Below the pieces are notes generated by a model. The model was not told the origin of the DNA. It made no database searches and worked only from the letters and a program-made list of their open reading frames with translations. Position numbers and translations under genes: made by a program. This document shows positions 35,832-47,000 of a stretch of DNA of 64,000 nucleotides, in pieces. The DNA is from an uncultured Planctomycetota bacterium. GTDB taxonomy: Bacteria > Planctomycetota > Planctomycetia > Isosphaerales > Isosphaeraceae. The stretch lies in assembly GCA_963823665.1 (NCBI GenBank), contig CAWGMQ010000002.1, positions 96,001 to 160,000 of the forward strand, read 5' to 3'. Numbering within the stretch: the first letter of the stretch is position 1; every line of letters begins with the position of its first letter.

Positions 35832-38306
35832 ATGAGACGAGATTCGCAGGCCGCATCGGCAGTAGTCCAGGCTTGCTGGAGTCGAGATGAGACTCCAGCG
35901 AGAACAGACTCGCAACTTGTGCAAGGCTTCATCCGTGGGACCGACGAGTCAGCCGAGGCCGCTTTCGCCGCTCTCGTCGAGCGTCACGGCCCGATCGTCC
36001 ATCGCGTCTGCCTCGACGTCATTGGCAATCTGCATGATGCACAAGACGCCGCGCAGGCGGTCTTTCTCATACTGGCCAGGAAAGCTCGGTCGATCCGAAA
36101 ACCAGAATCACTCGGCCCGTGGCTGCACGGCGTTGCACTCCGCGTGGCGAGACGCGTGAGGAGCCAGGCGGCCAGGCGGAAGTCCGCAGAACGCCAGAAA
36201 GCGGATATCACGACTCGTCAACAAGGTCTCGCAGAACACGGGCACGACTCCATGGGCCACGACGATTTGCACAACGAGATCAATCGGCTTCCCGAAAAGT
36301 ATCGCCGTCCCATCATTCTTTGCTACATGCAAGGACGGACACAGCCCCAAGCGGCGCAGATGCTGGGCTGGCCCTTGGGAACCGTTCAGACTCGTCTTCA
36401 CCGCGGCCGGGAACGCCTGCGCACAAGACTCTCCCGCTCCGGCATGGGCCTGTTAGCACTGACCGGCTCGGACTTGACGAAATCGCTCTCTACGACCGCC
36501 GGTGCGCTTGATCGGCAATGGGCCGAGCAGACCTCTCACGCCGCGGTCCGGTTCGCTGCTGGTAAAACAACGGCAGGTCTTGTCGCTCCATCAGTGGCAG
36601 GATTGGCAAGTTCGGTGCTGACAGCCATGCTCGGTGACTCGCTCAAAACCCTCGCGCTCATCCCGATCGCACTCTTGCTCGTTGCTGCTGGTCTCACCTT
36701 GAACGGGCGTAGAACGACGGAAGTTAAGCCCCGGAATCTGGTCCTCGAATCCCAGTCGACAACGTCTGCGCCACAGACTGATAGACAGCGCACACCAAAC
36801 GCGACAGTACGGCAAGCCTCTGGTGAAACGAACGCCGAAAAGGATGAGCCCCAAAAGCAGGTACCGCTCGCCGATTTGAAAACACGAACCGCCGGGGCAG
36901 CCACTCCGGCGTCCCCTTTGCAGACACCGGTGATTGCGCCACCGCCGCGGGATCCTGTGCTCGACGACGCCAGTCTCTCGAAGCCGCCCACCTCATCAGA
37001 TCACGCGCGGACCCTGGCCCTCCTCGAGCCTCGGTCTGAGCGGGCGCTCAGGCTGGGCCGTGAGCTGTTCGAAAGAGTCTGGGCCAGAGAAGACCCGCGT
37101 GCCCACGGTGGTGATGGCCTCGGACCGGTTTTCAACGGGCAATCGTGCGTAAGCTGTCATAACCTGGGCGGATCAGGCGGCGCCGGGGCAATCGATCGGA
37201 ACATCGAAATCGTCACTGCGACCGGCGGCGATCCTGGCGACTACGCGGGGTTCTCCTATTTCTTCAGCATGGACCTCCCGGCCGGTCGGTTCGAATACCG
37301 CATCGGTGACGGTTCGCAGGCCTCAGCCAAGGGTGAACGAAGAGCCGATCCCAGACTCGCCGCCGGGATCCATGCAGGCTTCCAGCAGTCGCGCAGCGTG
37401 GTGTTGCACCGATTTAGCATCGATCCCACGTACAACGCCTGGCGCGAGTCCGTGCCCGGCCGGCACGGCACCATCCTGATTCGGAGCTCAGAACGGAACC
37501 CGCCTCCTCTGTTCGGAGCGGGGCCGATCGACACCATTCCCTCGGAGGTCATCGAAGCTGCCGCGAAACGGCGGTCTTCCGGTTCGGCGCAAGTCAAGGG
37601 TCGCGTCAGCCGCCTCAAAGATGGACGAGTCGGCCGCTTCGGATGGAAGGCACAAACAGCAACACTCGAAGAATTCGTCCTCTCCGCCGCCGCCGGAGAG
37701 ATGGGGCTGGAAGTACCTGACCGTCACCAGGCCGCTGATCCACGCCTTCCGGGAGTCGCCGCAAGAGGGCTCGACATGGACCAGGACGAATGCAATCTCT
37801 TGATCAACTACGTGCGCAGTCTTCCCGCTCCAATCGCCGCCAAACCCGATGATGACAGGATCGTCTCTCAAATCAAGGCGGGTGAGGCAAGCTTCAAATC
37901 CATCGGTTGCGCCGCGTGCCATTTACCGAAATTAGGCGAAGTCGTGGGCATTTACAGCGACCTTCTGCTGCACGACATGGGCCCGGCGCTCGCCGACGCC
38001 GACACCTACACCGTCTTTAATGGTGAGCCATCAAGGCCCGGCGGTCCCGAGCCCGCAAGTCCGGACCTCGCTCGCGCCGGCACGGAAGCCGCATCCGCCC
38101 GTGAATGGCGTACTCCACCTCTTTGGGGCCTTCGAGCGTCCGCCCCGTACTTGCACGATGGCCGAGCCCCTGGAATTCCAGAAGCCATCACGATGCACGG
38201 CGGCCAGGGTGCGACAGCCGCACGGCGGTTCGCCGAGCTTTCCCCCAGGCGCAGGCAACAGCTCGAAGCATTCCTCATGTCGCTCGCCTCGCCGTCCACC
38301 GATTGA
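35832..38306 (+). CDS. ECF sigma-70 factor fused via a TM segment to a di-heme oxidoreductase (DHOR-like) domain
   Basis: Sigma2/sigma4 (AFAALVERHGPIV, GTVQTRLHRGR); TM LIPIALLLVAAGL; DGLGPVFNGQSCVSCH, RFGWKAQ, IGCAACH, YSDLLLHDMG, WRTPPLWGL, YLHDGRA; one uninterrupted ORF. Confidence 0.9.
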   Translation: MRRDSQAASAVVQACWSRDETPARTDSQLVQGFIRGTDESAEAAFAALVERHGPIVHRVCLDVIGNLHDAQDAAQAVFLILARKARSIRKPESLGPWLHGVALRVARRVRSQAARRKSAERQKADITTRQQGLAEHGHDSMGHDDLHNEINRLPEKYRRPIILCYMQGRTQPQAAQMLGWPLGTVQTRLHRGRERLRTRLSRSGMGLLALTGSDLTKSLSTTAGALDRQWAEQTSHAAVRFAAGKTTAGLVAPSVAGLASSVLTAMLGDSLKTLALIPIALLLVAAGLTLNGRRTTEVKPRNLVLESQSTTSAPQTDRQRTPNATVRQASGETNAEKDEPQKQVPLADLKTRTAGAATPASPLQTPVIAPPPRDPVLDDASLSKPPTSSDHARTLALLEPRSERALRLGRELFERVWAREDPRAHGGDGLGPVFNGQSCVSCHNLGGSGGAGAIDRNIEIVTATGGDPGDYAGFSYFFSMDLPAGRFEYRIGDGSQASAKGERRADPRLAAGIHAGFQQSRSVVLHRFSIDPTYNAWRESVPGRHGTILIRSSERNPPPLFGAGPIDTIPSEVIEAAAKRRSSGSAQVKGRVSRLKDGRVGRFGWKAQTATLEEFVLSAAAGEMGLEVPDRHQAADPRLPGVAARGLDMDQDECNLLINYVRSLPAPIAAKPDDDRIVSQIKAGEASFKSIGCAACHLPKLGEVVGIYSDLLLHDMGPALADADTYTVFNGEPSRPGGPEPASPDLARAGTEAASAREWRTPPLWGLRASAPYLHDGRAPGIPEAITMHGGQGATAARRFAELSPRRRQQLEAFLMSLASPSTD

Positions 38307-38366
38307 TGCGGGAGTCCGTACTGAACGACTCGCCGCGAACTAAAGGAACCAGCTTGCCCGCCGGGA

Positions 38367-40952
38367 TCATTTGACGGGCGCGCCACGCAGCTCCTGTAAT
38401 CGGCGCCGAAGGTCCCAGACCGCCAACTGGTCAAGCTGGTGGATCGCATCGCCTTCATCAAACTCGAGCTCGGTTTCGACGCGCACCCAGCACGCAATCT
38501 GCTCCACACCACCCTCGATCGGAGCCGGGACTCGCCAGCATCGCGCCATTCCGTCGGCACTCGCCGTCGCAAGCCGCCGGTTATCCGCATCAAATGCCAC
38601 ACAGCTCACCGCCCCGCGGTGCACCAGCGCAGGCCCGATTGGCAAGGCGGTCTCGGCATCCCAGAGCCGGACAGTTCCGTCCCGGCTACCCGTCGCGATC
38701 ATCGTGCCGGCGCTGTTAAATGCCAGACAATCGACTGGCCCTCGATGAGAGAGTGGTTCTCCGATCGGTCGAAATGTCTTGGTATCCCAGAGCCTTGCGG
38801 TCCCATCCTGGCTCGTCGTCACAATCGCACGGCCGTCCGGGCTATACACCACGCAACCGGTGTCACCTCGAAGGGGGATCTCCGCCACGGTCGTCCAGCG
38901 CTCCGTTTCCCAGAGTCGCGCGCGACCATCGAGGCAACCGGTGACGAGCATTCGTCCGTCGGGGTTGAAGGCCAAAGTACTCACGGCCGCCGGGTGCCGT
39001 AAATCCTCACCCAGCAGTCTTCCGTCAGCGGCCTCTCGAAATCGTACCACACCGTCGTCGCCCGCCGTGGCTAACCGTGTGCCATCGGGATGGAACGCCA
39101 CGGCCAGCACTCGTCCATCGTTTTTCGCCGGCTCGCCGACCGGACACCATGTCTTGGTCTCCCAGAGCGAGGCAGAAGCGGTTCCGCTCGCCGTCGCGAT
39201 CCTCGACCCATCCGGGCTGAAGCAAAGGGCGGTGACTGCGGCCCCGTGTACGCAGGGATTGCCGGCAGGGGCTGCGGAGTGCGCATCCCACTGCCTCATC
39301 GCTCCGTCATCGCTCGCCGTGGCCACAATTCGCCCGTCCGGGCTGAACGCGATTGCCCGGATGGCCCTCTCGTGGCGAATCGGCGATGAGAGCAGCCCAC
39401 CCTTCGCGACATCCCACAGCCGCAGCACGTGGTCCGCGCCCGCGGTCGCCAGCAATCGCCCGTCCGGGCTGAACACAACGGCCTGAAGCGCCGAGCCGTG
39501 CGCCAGCGTGCGTTCCACCAGTTTCGTCCTTGAATGCCAGCCATGCAGGCTCGCACGAACAGCCCGCTCGATCCCCGGCGAGTCCGGCGGGATGCTCTCC
39601 AGCGCACGCGCCAGCCAGAGCATCCCCTCGTTGGCCATGTCCCGGACGAAGAGGTTCTGCGCTCGCTCGATGCAAAGGCGGCCAAGCGATCGCTTCGCCT
39701 CATGCAGAGCGCGTTCCTGCTCGCTCCGATAGCTCACTTCCGCCAGCCAGACTTCGATCTCTCCGGCAAGCGCAAGCGCCGTCTGGTGGCGGTCCTCCGG
39801 CCTGAGGGCCATCGCTTTCAAGCAGATCGCCTCGAGCTTCGGGTCAATCGACCGGCGCAGTCGTCTCGGCGCCGGAAAGATGCCGCGACTGACTCGATGC
39901 AGCACGTCTTGAAGGTCTCCGGAAGGAAAAGGGCCGTGTCCCACGAGCAAGCAGTAAAGCGTCGCCCCGAGTCCGTAGACATCGCTCGCCGGCTCGACTT
40001 CTGAAAGGCCCGCCGAGGCTTGCTCGGGGCTCATGTATTGCGGCGTCCCGATCGCCGCCCCAGGCCGCGTGAGCGAAAGCTCTACGCCGAGACCACTCTC
40101 GAGAGACGAGCCGGATGGCTCGGACTGAGGATGCGCAGCCGTCTTGGCGACACCCCAGTCAACGACCAGCGTCTCGCCAAATCGCCCGAGCATGATGTTC
40201 TCCGGTTTCAGATCCCGATGCACCACACCCCGGCTGTGCGCGTACGCAACCGCATTGCAGGCGTCAATGAAGCTGCGCAACAGTCGCCGGAATGCCAGCT
40301 CCCGCTCGCCGGGGCTGTGGCCTGCACGCTTGGCTCCATGAAATCGCTCGATCGCTTGTTTGAGTGTTTCCCCCTCAATGAATCGCATTGCGTAATACGG
40401 CCGGCCATCGCTGTGCCGGCCCAGGCCGTAAACCGGCACGATTCCCGGATGCTCCAGCCTCCCGGTCACCATGGCCTCCCTCAAAAAGCGCGATTGGCTT
40501 TGAGGGTCATGCGCGTGGTAGGCCTGAAGCTCTTTGAGCGCCACCTGGCGGTCCAGCTCGACGTCGAGGGCTAGAAACACCTCGCCCAGCCCTCCCTTGG
40601 CATGCGGCCGGATGACCCGGAATCGCTCGGCATCCTCGATCAAGCCCGATGCGTCTTGCGCTCGATCTGCGGTGACTCCAGAACGGTCACCATTCTCCGA
40701 GCGCTTGTCCGGTGGTGAGTAGGCCACGGTCGCCGAATGCCCCGGTTCTCCCCCCTTGAGCTGGCCTTGGACCAGCAGAACCCCGGCTCTGTCGAGCGCG
40801 CCTTGCTCGACGAGGATCTCCTCCATTGACCCACTTTCAGCGCTGTTCCACGCGTCAAAGGCTTCCAGAAGCTGACGATGATCGATCAGCCCGCGCTTGA
40901 GTGCGAGCATCCCGATCACGAGGTCGCTCTCGCCATGGGCGCGTCGCGTCAT
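38367..40952 (-). CDS. Ser/Thr protein kinase with WD40 repeats
   Basis: HAKGGLGEV, VALK, HRDLKPEN, DWG, GTPQYMSPEQA; several AFSPDG...LWD repeats. Confidence 0.95.
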   Translation of the reverse strand: MTRRAHGESDLVIGMLALKRGLIDHRQLLEAFDAWNSAESGSMEEILVEQGALDRAGVLLVQGQLKGGEPGHSATVAYSPPDKRSENGDRSGVTADRAQDASGLIEDAERFRVIRPHAKGGLGEVFLALDVELDRQVALKELQAYHAHDPQSQSRFLREAMVTGRLEHPGIVPVYGLGRHSDGRPYYAMRFIEGETLKQAIERFHGAKRAGHSPGERELAFRRLLRSFIDACNAVAYAHSRGVVHRDLKPENIMLGRFGETLVVDWGVAKTAAHPQSEPSGSSLESGLGVELSLTRPGAAIGTPQYMSPEQASAGLSEVEPASDVYGLGATLYCLLVGHGPFPSGDLQDVLHRVSRGIFPAPRRLRRSIDPKLEAICLKAMALRPEDRHQTALALAGEIEVWLAEVSYRSEQERALHEAKRSLGRLCIERAQNLFVRDMANEGMLWLARALESIPPDSPGIERAVRASLHGWHSRTKLVERTLAHGSALQAVVFSPDGRLLATAGADHVLRLWDVAKGGLLSSPIRHERAIRAIAFSPDGRIVATASDDGAMRQWDAHSAAPAGNPCVHGAAVTALCFSPDGSRIATASGTASASLWETKTWCPVGEPAKNDGRVLAVAFHPDGTRLATAGDDGVVRFREAADGRLLGEDLRHPAAVSTLAFNPDGRMLVTGCLDGRARLWETERWTTVAEIPLRGDTGCVVYSPDGRAIVTTSQDGTARLWDTKTFRPIGEPLSHRGPVDCLAFNSAGTMIATGSRDGTVRLWDAETALPIGPALVHRGAVSCVAFDADNRRLATASADGMARCWRVPAPIEGGVEQIACWVRVETELEFDEGDAIHQLDQLAVWDLRRRLQELRGAPVK

Positions 40953-41087
40953 GGGGTAAACACCGGCCCAAGGCGGACGTCGAAGAAGGGAGGCCCAGAC
41001 CCGCTCCAGACGTGTCGCGCAAGATGAATGGAAATGACCGTCGGGCCGCATTCCAGGTTAGCCGGTTCGACCATCAAGAGAAAGGCG

Positions 41088-42611
41088 TCACGAATTCTGG
41101 ACCAGCCCCTCGAGCTTGCCACTGCTCTGTGCAACCACCTGGGCGGCGACCTGGTTCGGGCTGTACCCTCCAGGAAGTCGCACGAGTGGCTTGCCGTGGC
41201 GATCACAGAACTGCCTGACATCTCCGAACGCGTGGCTCGACCAGCGGATCGCCAGCAACACAACGGCCACATCGGTCCGTGCGATGAGCGGCTCGAATGA
41301 ATCGATCGACTGATGTTCCTTGGTCTCGATCCAGATCAACTCCGAGAGCCCCAGAGCTCGTCGAAGCGATTCCTGCGCTTCGCGGCGCCGTGTTCCCCCG
41401 ATCAGGACGACGCTTCGGCCGTGCAGAAGCCGCCGGGCTTCGACCGCTTCCGGCGGCGGCGCGTGCGAAACAGCCTCTTTGGCCGGCGCTGGTCGCCGTG
41501 CCACGTATCGATCGATTTCACGCAGCACGCGTCGAAACCCATCGGGTAAGTCCTGACGCTCGGGAAGGTCGTCGATCACGCTGATGAGCGCGTTTCGCAT
41601 TTCAGGATTGCTGGGGGGTATGCCGTCCGCAACCAGGTGCTCCACCAGCCGGATAATCGCTTGCCAGTCCTCTAGAGAGGCTTCTCCCGTTTCGATGCGC
41701 GTTGAGTGTTCTTTGATCCGCTCAAGCTCGGAAGCGTGTTGCCTGGTGAGCTGACCAGTCGCTGCCGCCGCTTCGATGCGCGCCAGCAGATCGGACCAGT
41801 TGCCAGGATCTGCCTCATCGTCGGCCCGCATGAACCGCTTCAGATAAATTCGGTGGTGCGCAGCGGTGGTTTTTACCCATTCAAATACCTCTAATTGTTC
41901 GGGCGAGTCCGGAGCAGACAGCCGCTTCAGTGCGATCCTCAAGGTTGACTGTGCCTCGGCCACAAGTGGCAGCATTCGCTCGAATACCTTCGGCCCTTGG
42001 TTTTTTGCCAGCGCGATTCGCGCGATCGCTACGCCCTCGGCCAGCGACTCGAAACAGCCGGCCGTATTCTCGAGCAACGAAAGATCGGCCTGCTCAGAAG
42101 ATTCCGACGCCTTCGCCCAGTAATAGCAATCGGTGAACTTGTCGGCCCACTCGGCGATGTTCGACTCAACCGGCACATCTGGCTCGCAGCGATCGTTCCC
42201 CTCACGGCCTCGCAGAAGCCGCTCGACAGCCCACCGGGCCGCCTCCCCTTTCCACCGGCATCGCGCTTCGATTTCAACGAGCTCGTCGTACGAAGCTTTG
42301 CCACGCGATGCCGATGGAGAGGCACCCCCCAGTTCGCGCTGCGCCGCCAGAGACCTTCCAAGTGTCAGCTTCCGGAGCGGCTCGCCCGTGTCTTCGCCTA
42401 TCGCTTCGGCTCCGGCATCGACCGGCTCAACTTGCCCTGATGGACCTGGCTGCAACGGAGCGGGTTTCGTCTCGACTCGAGAACTCTCCGTCGCCGCCAG
42501 GATCTCCTCCGCCAGCGTCCGCAAATCGGCGCGAAGCTCCTCATCCGTGGCGGCCAGCGAGATCAACTGCTTCGCCTCGGACCTGATCACTTTCATCAGC
42601 CAGTCCGCCAT
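41088..42611 (-). CDS. Hypothetical helical protein with C-terminal DUF2325-like Rossmannoid domain
   Basis: C-terminal GRSVVLIGG...DVAVVLLAIRWSSHAFGDVRQFCDRHGKPLVRLPGGY. Confidence 0.7.
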   Translation of the reverse strand: MADWLMKVIRSEAKQLISLAATDEELRADLRTLAEEILAATESSRVETKPAPLQPGPSGQVEPVDAGAEAIGEDTGEPLRKLTLGRSLAAQRELGGASPSASRGKASYDELVEIEARCRWKGEAARWAVERLLRGREGNDRCEPDVPVESNIAEWADKFTDCYYWAKASESSEQADLSLLENTAGCFESLAEGVAIARIALAKNQGPKVFERMLPLVAEAQSTLRIALKRLSAPDSPEQLEVFEWVKTTAAHHRIYLKRFMRADDEADPGNWSDLLARIEAAAATGQLTRQHASELERIKEHSTRIETGEASLEDWQAIIRLVEHLVADGIPPSNPEMRNALISVIDDLPERQDLPDGFRRVLREIDRYVARRPAPAKEAVSHAPPPEAVEARRLLHGRSVVLIGGTRRREAQESLRRALGLSELIWIETKEHQSIDSFEPLIARTDVAVVLLAIRWSSHAFGDVRQFCDRHGKPLVRLPGGYSPNQVAAQVVAQSSGKLEGLVQNS

Positions 42612-42737
42612 TTCCGCCTCCAGGTAACCAACATTCTAGCACTTCGACTCTTCCTGCTCGTGTCTTCGGCGATGGTAAACTGAAGAAAGTACTGGTATCG
42701 GGATTGATGCCGCTGCCACGTTGACCCGAGTTCCCTG

Positions 42738-43311
42738 ATGCTCGATCGGTTAATTCAAGTCACCCTGATCCTTTCAACCCTGGCACTATGCTGGCTCTGG
42801 ATGATGATCGTCCACGAGCTCGGCCATGTCATCCTGGCCTGGACGTCTGGCGAAACGGTTTCAATAGTCGTCCTCCATCCCCTGGCGATCTCCCGGACCG
42901 ACGCCACCCATGACAAGCATCCGCTCCTGGTGATCTTTGGTGGGCCCGCACTCGGCTCGTTGCTTCCCCTCGCCAGTCTACTCGCAGCCAAGCGCCTGCG
43001 ATCCCGTTTCGTCTATCTGTGGCAATTCTTCGCAGGATTCTGCCTCATCGCCAATGGTGCCTACCTCGGCCTCGGCTCCTTCTCCAATATTGGTGATGCC
43101 GGCGACCTAACTCTGCGCAGGCTGCCCGCAAGCTGTGATGGTCGCGTTCGGAATCGTGTGCGCGCCCGCAGGCCTCTGGCTCTGGAACGGCCTCGGACCC
43201 CACTTTGGCATCAAAGTCCCCAACGGCAAAGTGGACCGGACAGCCGCGCTGGGCGCTCTGGCGGTGCTGTTCATCACCGTGATCGCAGAACTCCTGATTT
43301 CTGCGCGATGA
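42738..43311 (+). CDS. M50-like membrane metallopeptidase (frameshift near 43110)
   Basis: IVHELGHV (HExxH), GGP, GDAGDL; shifted frame continues VMVAFGIVCAPAGLWLWNGLG...LLISAR*. Confidence 0.75.
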
Positions 43312-43406
43312 AGACCGCCCCCCGAACCGCGCGATCTCCAGTTGTGTCCGCGAAGCGTGTATCGACAGGATCCTCTCGAACAAGCATTCATGTACAAGGA
43401 ATACCC

Positions 43407-43883
43407 ATGAACCGCAACCTGATCGAAACCTACGCCGCCGGTGGCCAGAAGCTCCGGCATGCCGTCGCGGGGCTGTCGCGCGAAGACCTGACCGCTCGCC
43501 CCGGACCTGGCGCATGGTCAATCCAGGAGCTGGTCATCCATCTCGCCGACAGCGACGCCATCTCCATCGACCGCATGAAGCGAATGCTCACCGAAGACAA
43601 TCCGTGTCTCCTCTATGCCGACGAATCTGCCTACGTCGAGCGACTTCATCACGACGACCAGTCGATTGAAGACGCGTTGACCCTCGTCGAAGTTAGCCGG
43701 CGGCAATGGTCGCGCGTGCTCCGGCTGTTGCCCGACGAAGCATTCTTGCGCCAGGGCACGCACAACCGTGCCGGAATCGTCACCGTGGGCCATTATGTCG
43801 AGAATTATATCAAGCACCTCGATTATCACCTCGATTTCCTCAAGGCCAAGCGCGAGCGACTCGGGAAAGCCCTCTCCGAGTAA
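43407..43883 (+). CDS. DinB family protein
   Basis: aagga RBS; PGAWSIQELVIHLADSD, HLDYHL. Confidence 0.9.
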   Translation: MNRNLIETYAAGGQKLRHAVAGLSREDLTARPGPGAWSIQELVIHLADSDAISIDRMKRMLTEDNPCLLYADESAYVERLHHDDQSIEDALTLVEVSRRQWSRVLRLLPDEAFLRQGTHNRAGIVTVGHYVENYIKHLDYHLDFLKAKRERLGKALSE

Positions 43884-44012
43884 TCCATCCCCCCAAAGCC
43901 AGCTTCCCTCGGATCGAGTCGTGGCAGCCGATCGCAAAAGCCGGTAAATTATCGATCAGTTGTTTAACACGACAAAGCGGCAGCATGCTGTTGGCCGAGG
44001 GAGGTATGAGCC

Positions 44013-47000
44013 ATGCGCAAGCACTGGCAAGGTTGCACGTGGGGCGTTCTCTGCACGCTCGCCTGGGCACTCATCGCCGACGCACAGGCACAGCCGGCGT
44101 CTCCCGTTGCGCCCCTCATCCTGCACGCCCGAGTTCGCGAAGCTCGGCCACCTTCCAGCCCTGAAGCGTCCCAGACGCAAGAGAAAACGCTCCGCTGGGA
44201 ACCAGCCCATACGGCCATCATTATCTGTGACATGTGGAACCAGCACTGGTGCCGGGGAGCAACTCGCCGGGTCGGCGAGCTCGCTCCCGCGATGAATCGA
44301 ACAATCGCCGCAGCGCGGGCCAAAGGCATCCTGATCATCCACGCCCCCAGCAGTTGCATGGAAGCCTATAAAGATCACCCCGCACGGAAAAACGCCCAAG
44401 CGGCCCCCAAGGCCGCGAACCTGCCCAAAGACATCGCCCAGTGGTGCAACAAGATTCCGTCTGAGGAACAAGGCATATACCCGATCGACCAGTCCGATGG
44501 CGGCTGCGACGACGGCCCGCAATGCCCCCAGGGCTCTCCCTGGAAGTCCCAGGTCGCGGCCATCGACATTCTCCCGCAAGATGCCATCAGCGATTCGGGC
44601 GAAGAAATCTGGAACCTCCTCGAATCCCGTGGAATCACAAACGTGATGATCATGGGTGTGCACCTGAATATGTGTGTTCTCGGCCGGCCATTCGGCCTGC
44701 GAAACCTCTCCCGATCGGGCAAAACCGTCGTCCTGGTCCGCGACCTGACCGACACGATGTACAATTCGCGGATGTGGCCTTATGTCAGTCACTTCGAGGG
44801 CACCAACCGCATCGTCGAGCACGTTGAGAAGTACGTAGCTCCCACGATCCTCTCCACCGAGTTGACGGGCCAGCCCGCGTTCAAGTTCCAGCCCGACGAC
44901 CGCCCCCGCATCGTCTTTCTGATCGGCGAAGATGAATACAAGACCGAAACAACCCTGCCGGCATTTGCAGTCAAGGAGCTCGAGCCGCTCGGACTCCGCT
45001 GCACGATGGCGATCGCAGACCCGAAAACCCCCCACAATTTTCCCGGCGCTCTTGCACTCGATGACGCCAACCTGCTGGTCTTGAGCGTTCGCCGGCGTGC
45101 ACCAAGTGCCGCCGAGATGGCCCTCATTCGGCGCTACATCGAAGCCGGCAAGCCACTCATCGGCATCCGCACTGCCTGCCACGCCTTCGACACCCGCGGC
45201 AAGGCACCGCCCGGCCATCTTGAGTGGACATCGTTTGATCCCGACGTACTCGGTGGTCATTACACCGGACATCATGCCAATAACGCGCCTCCAACCATCG
45301 AGAAGGCACCTGGCGCGCAAGATCTTCCGATCCTCGCCGGTGTGAGCACACCCTTTCCAGCCTCCGGCTCGCTCTACAAGACCAGTCCACTGGCAAATAC
45401 CGCCGTTCCGCTCTTGATGGGAAAGGCCGGCAATCTGCCGGTCGAACCCGTCGCCTGGGTCAATCGCAAAGGCGCGTTGCGCATCTTCTACACCTCGCTG
45501 GGACACCCTGGCGATTTCGAGCGGCCCGAATTCCGCCGCCTGCTCAAGAACGCCATTTTCTGGGCCCTTGACCGCCAGCCAGCGCCGCAAGCCAAGGATC
45601 GCACAACTGCCGCGGGCAACATTAACAGTCCGCCGTCGGAGAATCGCCTCCCTTTTGATCGAGGCCAAGACTCGCGTTCGCCACGCGCCGCCTTGGCCTC
45701 CTTCCAGGTTCCCGGCGATCTCCAGCTCGACCTTGTCTTGTCCGAGCCAATCGTTCGCCAGCCCGTCTCGATTTCCTTCGACGAGCGAGGCAGGCTCTGG
45801 GTGGTTCAGTATCTCCAGTATCCCGTGCCCGCCGGATTGAAAATGGTCAGCCACGATGGCGTCTGGCGCGCCGTCTACGACAAGGTCCCACCCCCTCCGC
45901 CACATCATTTTCGCGGCAAGGACAAGATCACGATTCATGAAGATACCGACGGCGACGGCGCCTTCGACCGCCACAAGACGTTTCTCGATGGTCTGAACAT
46001 CGTCACGGCTCTCGCGCATGGCCGAGGCGGCGTATGGGTTCTCAACCCGCCTTACCTCCTCTTTTACCCGGATCGCAATCACGATGATGTGCCCGATTCC
46101 GACCCGGAAGTCCACCTCCAAGGTTTCGGCCTGGAAGACACTCATTCCGTCGTCAACAGCCTTCGCTGGGGCCCCGACGGCTGGCTCTACGCGGCCCAGG
46201 GGTCGACCGTCACCGGCCATGTCACTCGCCCCGCTCTTGATGCCGGCAAAGAACCACAACACTCCATGGGTCAATTGATCTGGAGGTATCACCCTGAGTC
46301 GCATCGTTACGAGGTTTTTGCTGAAGGAGGAGGTAACGCATTCGGCGTTGAGATCGACGCCAAGGGACGCATTTACTCCGGCCATAACGGCGGCGACACC
46401 CGCGGCTTCCACTACGTCCAAGGCGCTTTTTACCAGAAGGGCTTCAACAAGCACGGGCCGCTTTCAAACCCTTACGCTTTTGGCTACTTCCCGGCGATGA
46501 AACACAATCGGGTTCCTCGGTTTACCCATACGTTCGTCATCTACGAGGCTGATGCACTTCCGCAGCCGTATCGTGGCTTGCTCTTCGGAGTCGCACCCTT
46601 GTTGAACCACGTGGTGATGAGCCGCGTTTCTCGCGACGGATCCTCTTTCCAGACCGAGGACGTTGGCCTGGCCGTCTCTTCGCGCGATCCTTGGTTCCGT
46701 CCCGTGGACATCAAGCCCGCACCCGACGGATCGCTCTATATCGCCGATTGGTACGACCGCCAGGTCAACCACTATCGCAACCACGAAGGCCAGATCGACT
46801 CCGGCAACGGACGGATCTATCGCCTCCGGGCCCGCAGCTCGGTCGCTGCACCGTTCAAGAAGCCGCTCGATCTCTCTCAACTGACCACTACCGGTTTGGT
46901 GCAGCTCCTCGATGATCCCAACCGGTGGACGCGAGAAACCGCACAGCGGCTGATCGCGGACCGGCGTGACCCAGCCATCGCGCCCGAGCTCGTTCGACTG

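Noticed and set aside
42738..43883. M50 peptidase-DinB fusion ORF
   Set aside because: A frameshift near 43110 creates it. The M50 gene ends at 43311 and DinB has its own RBS and ATG at 43407.
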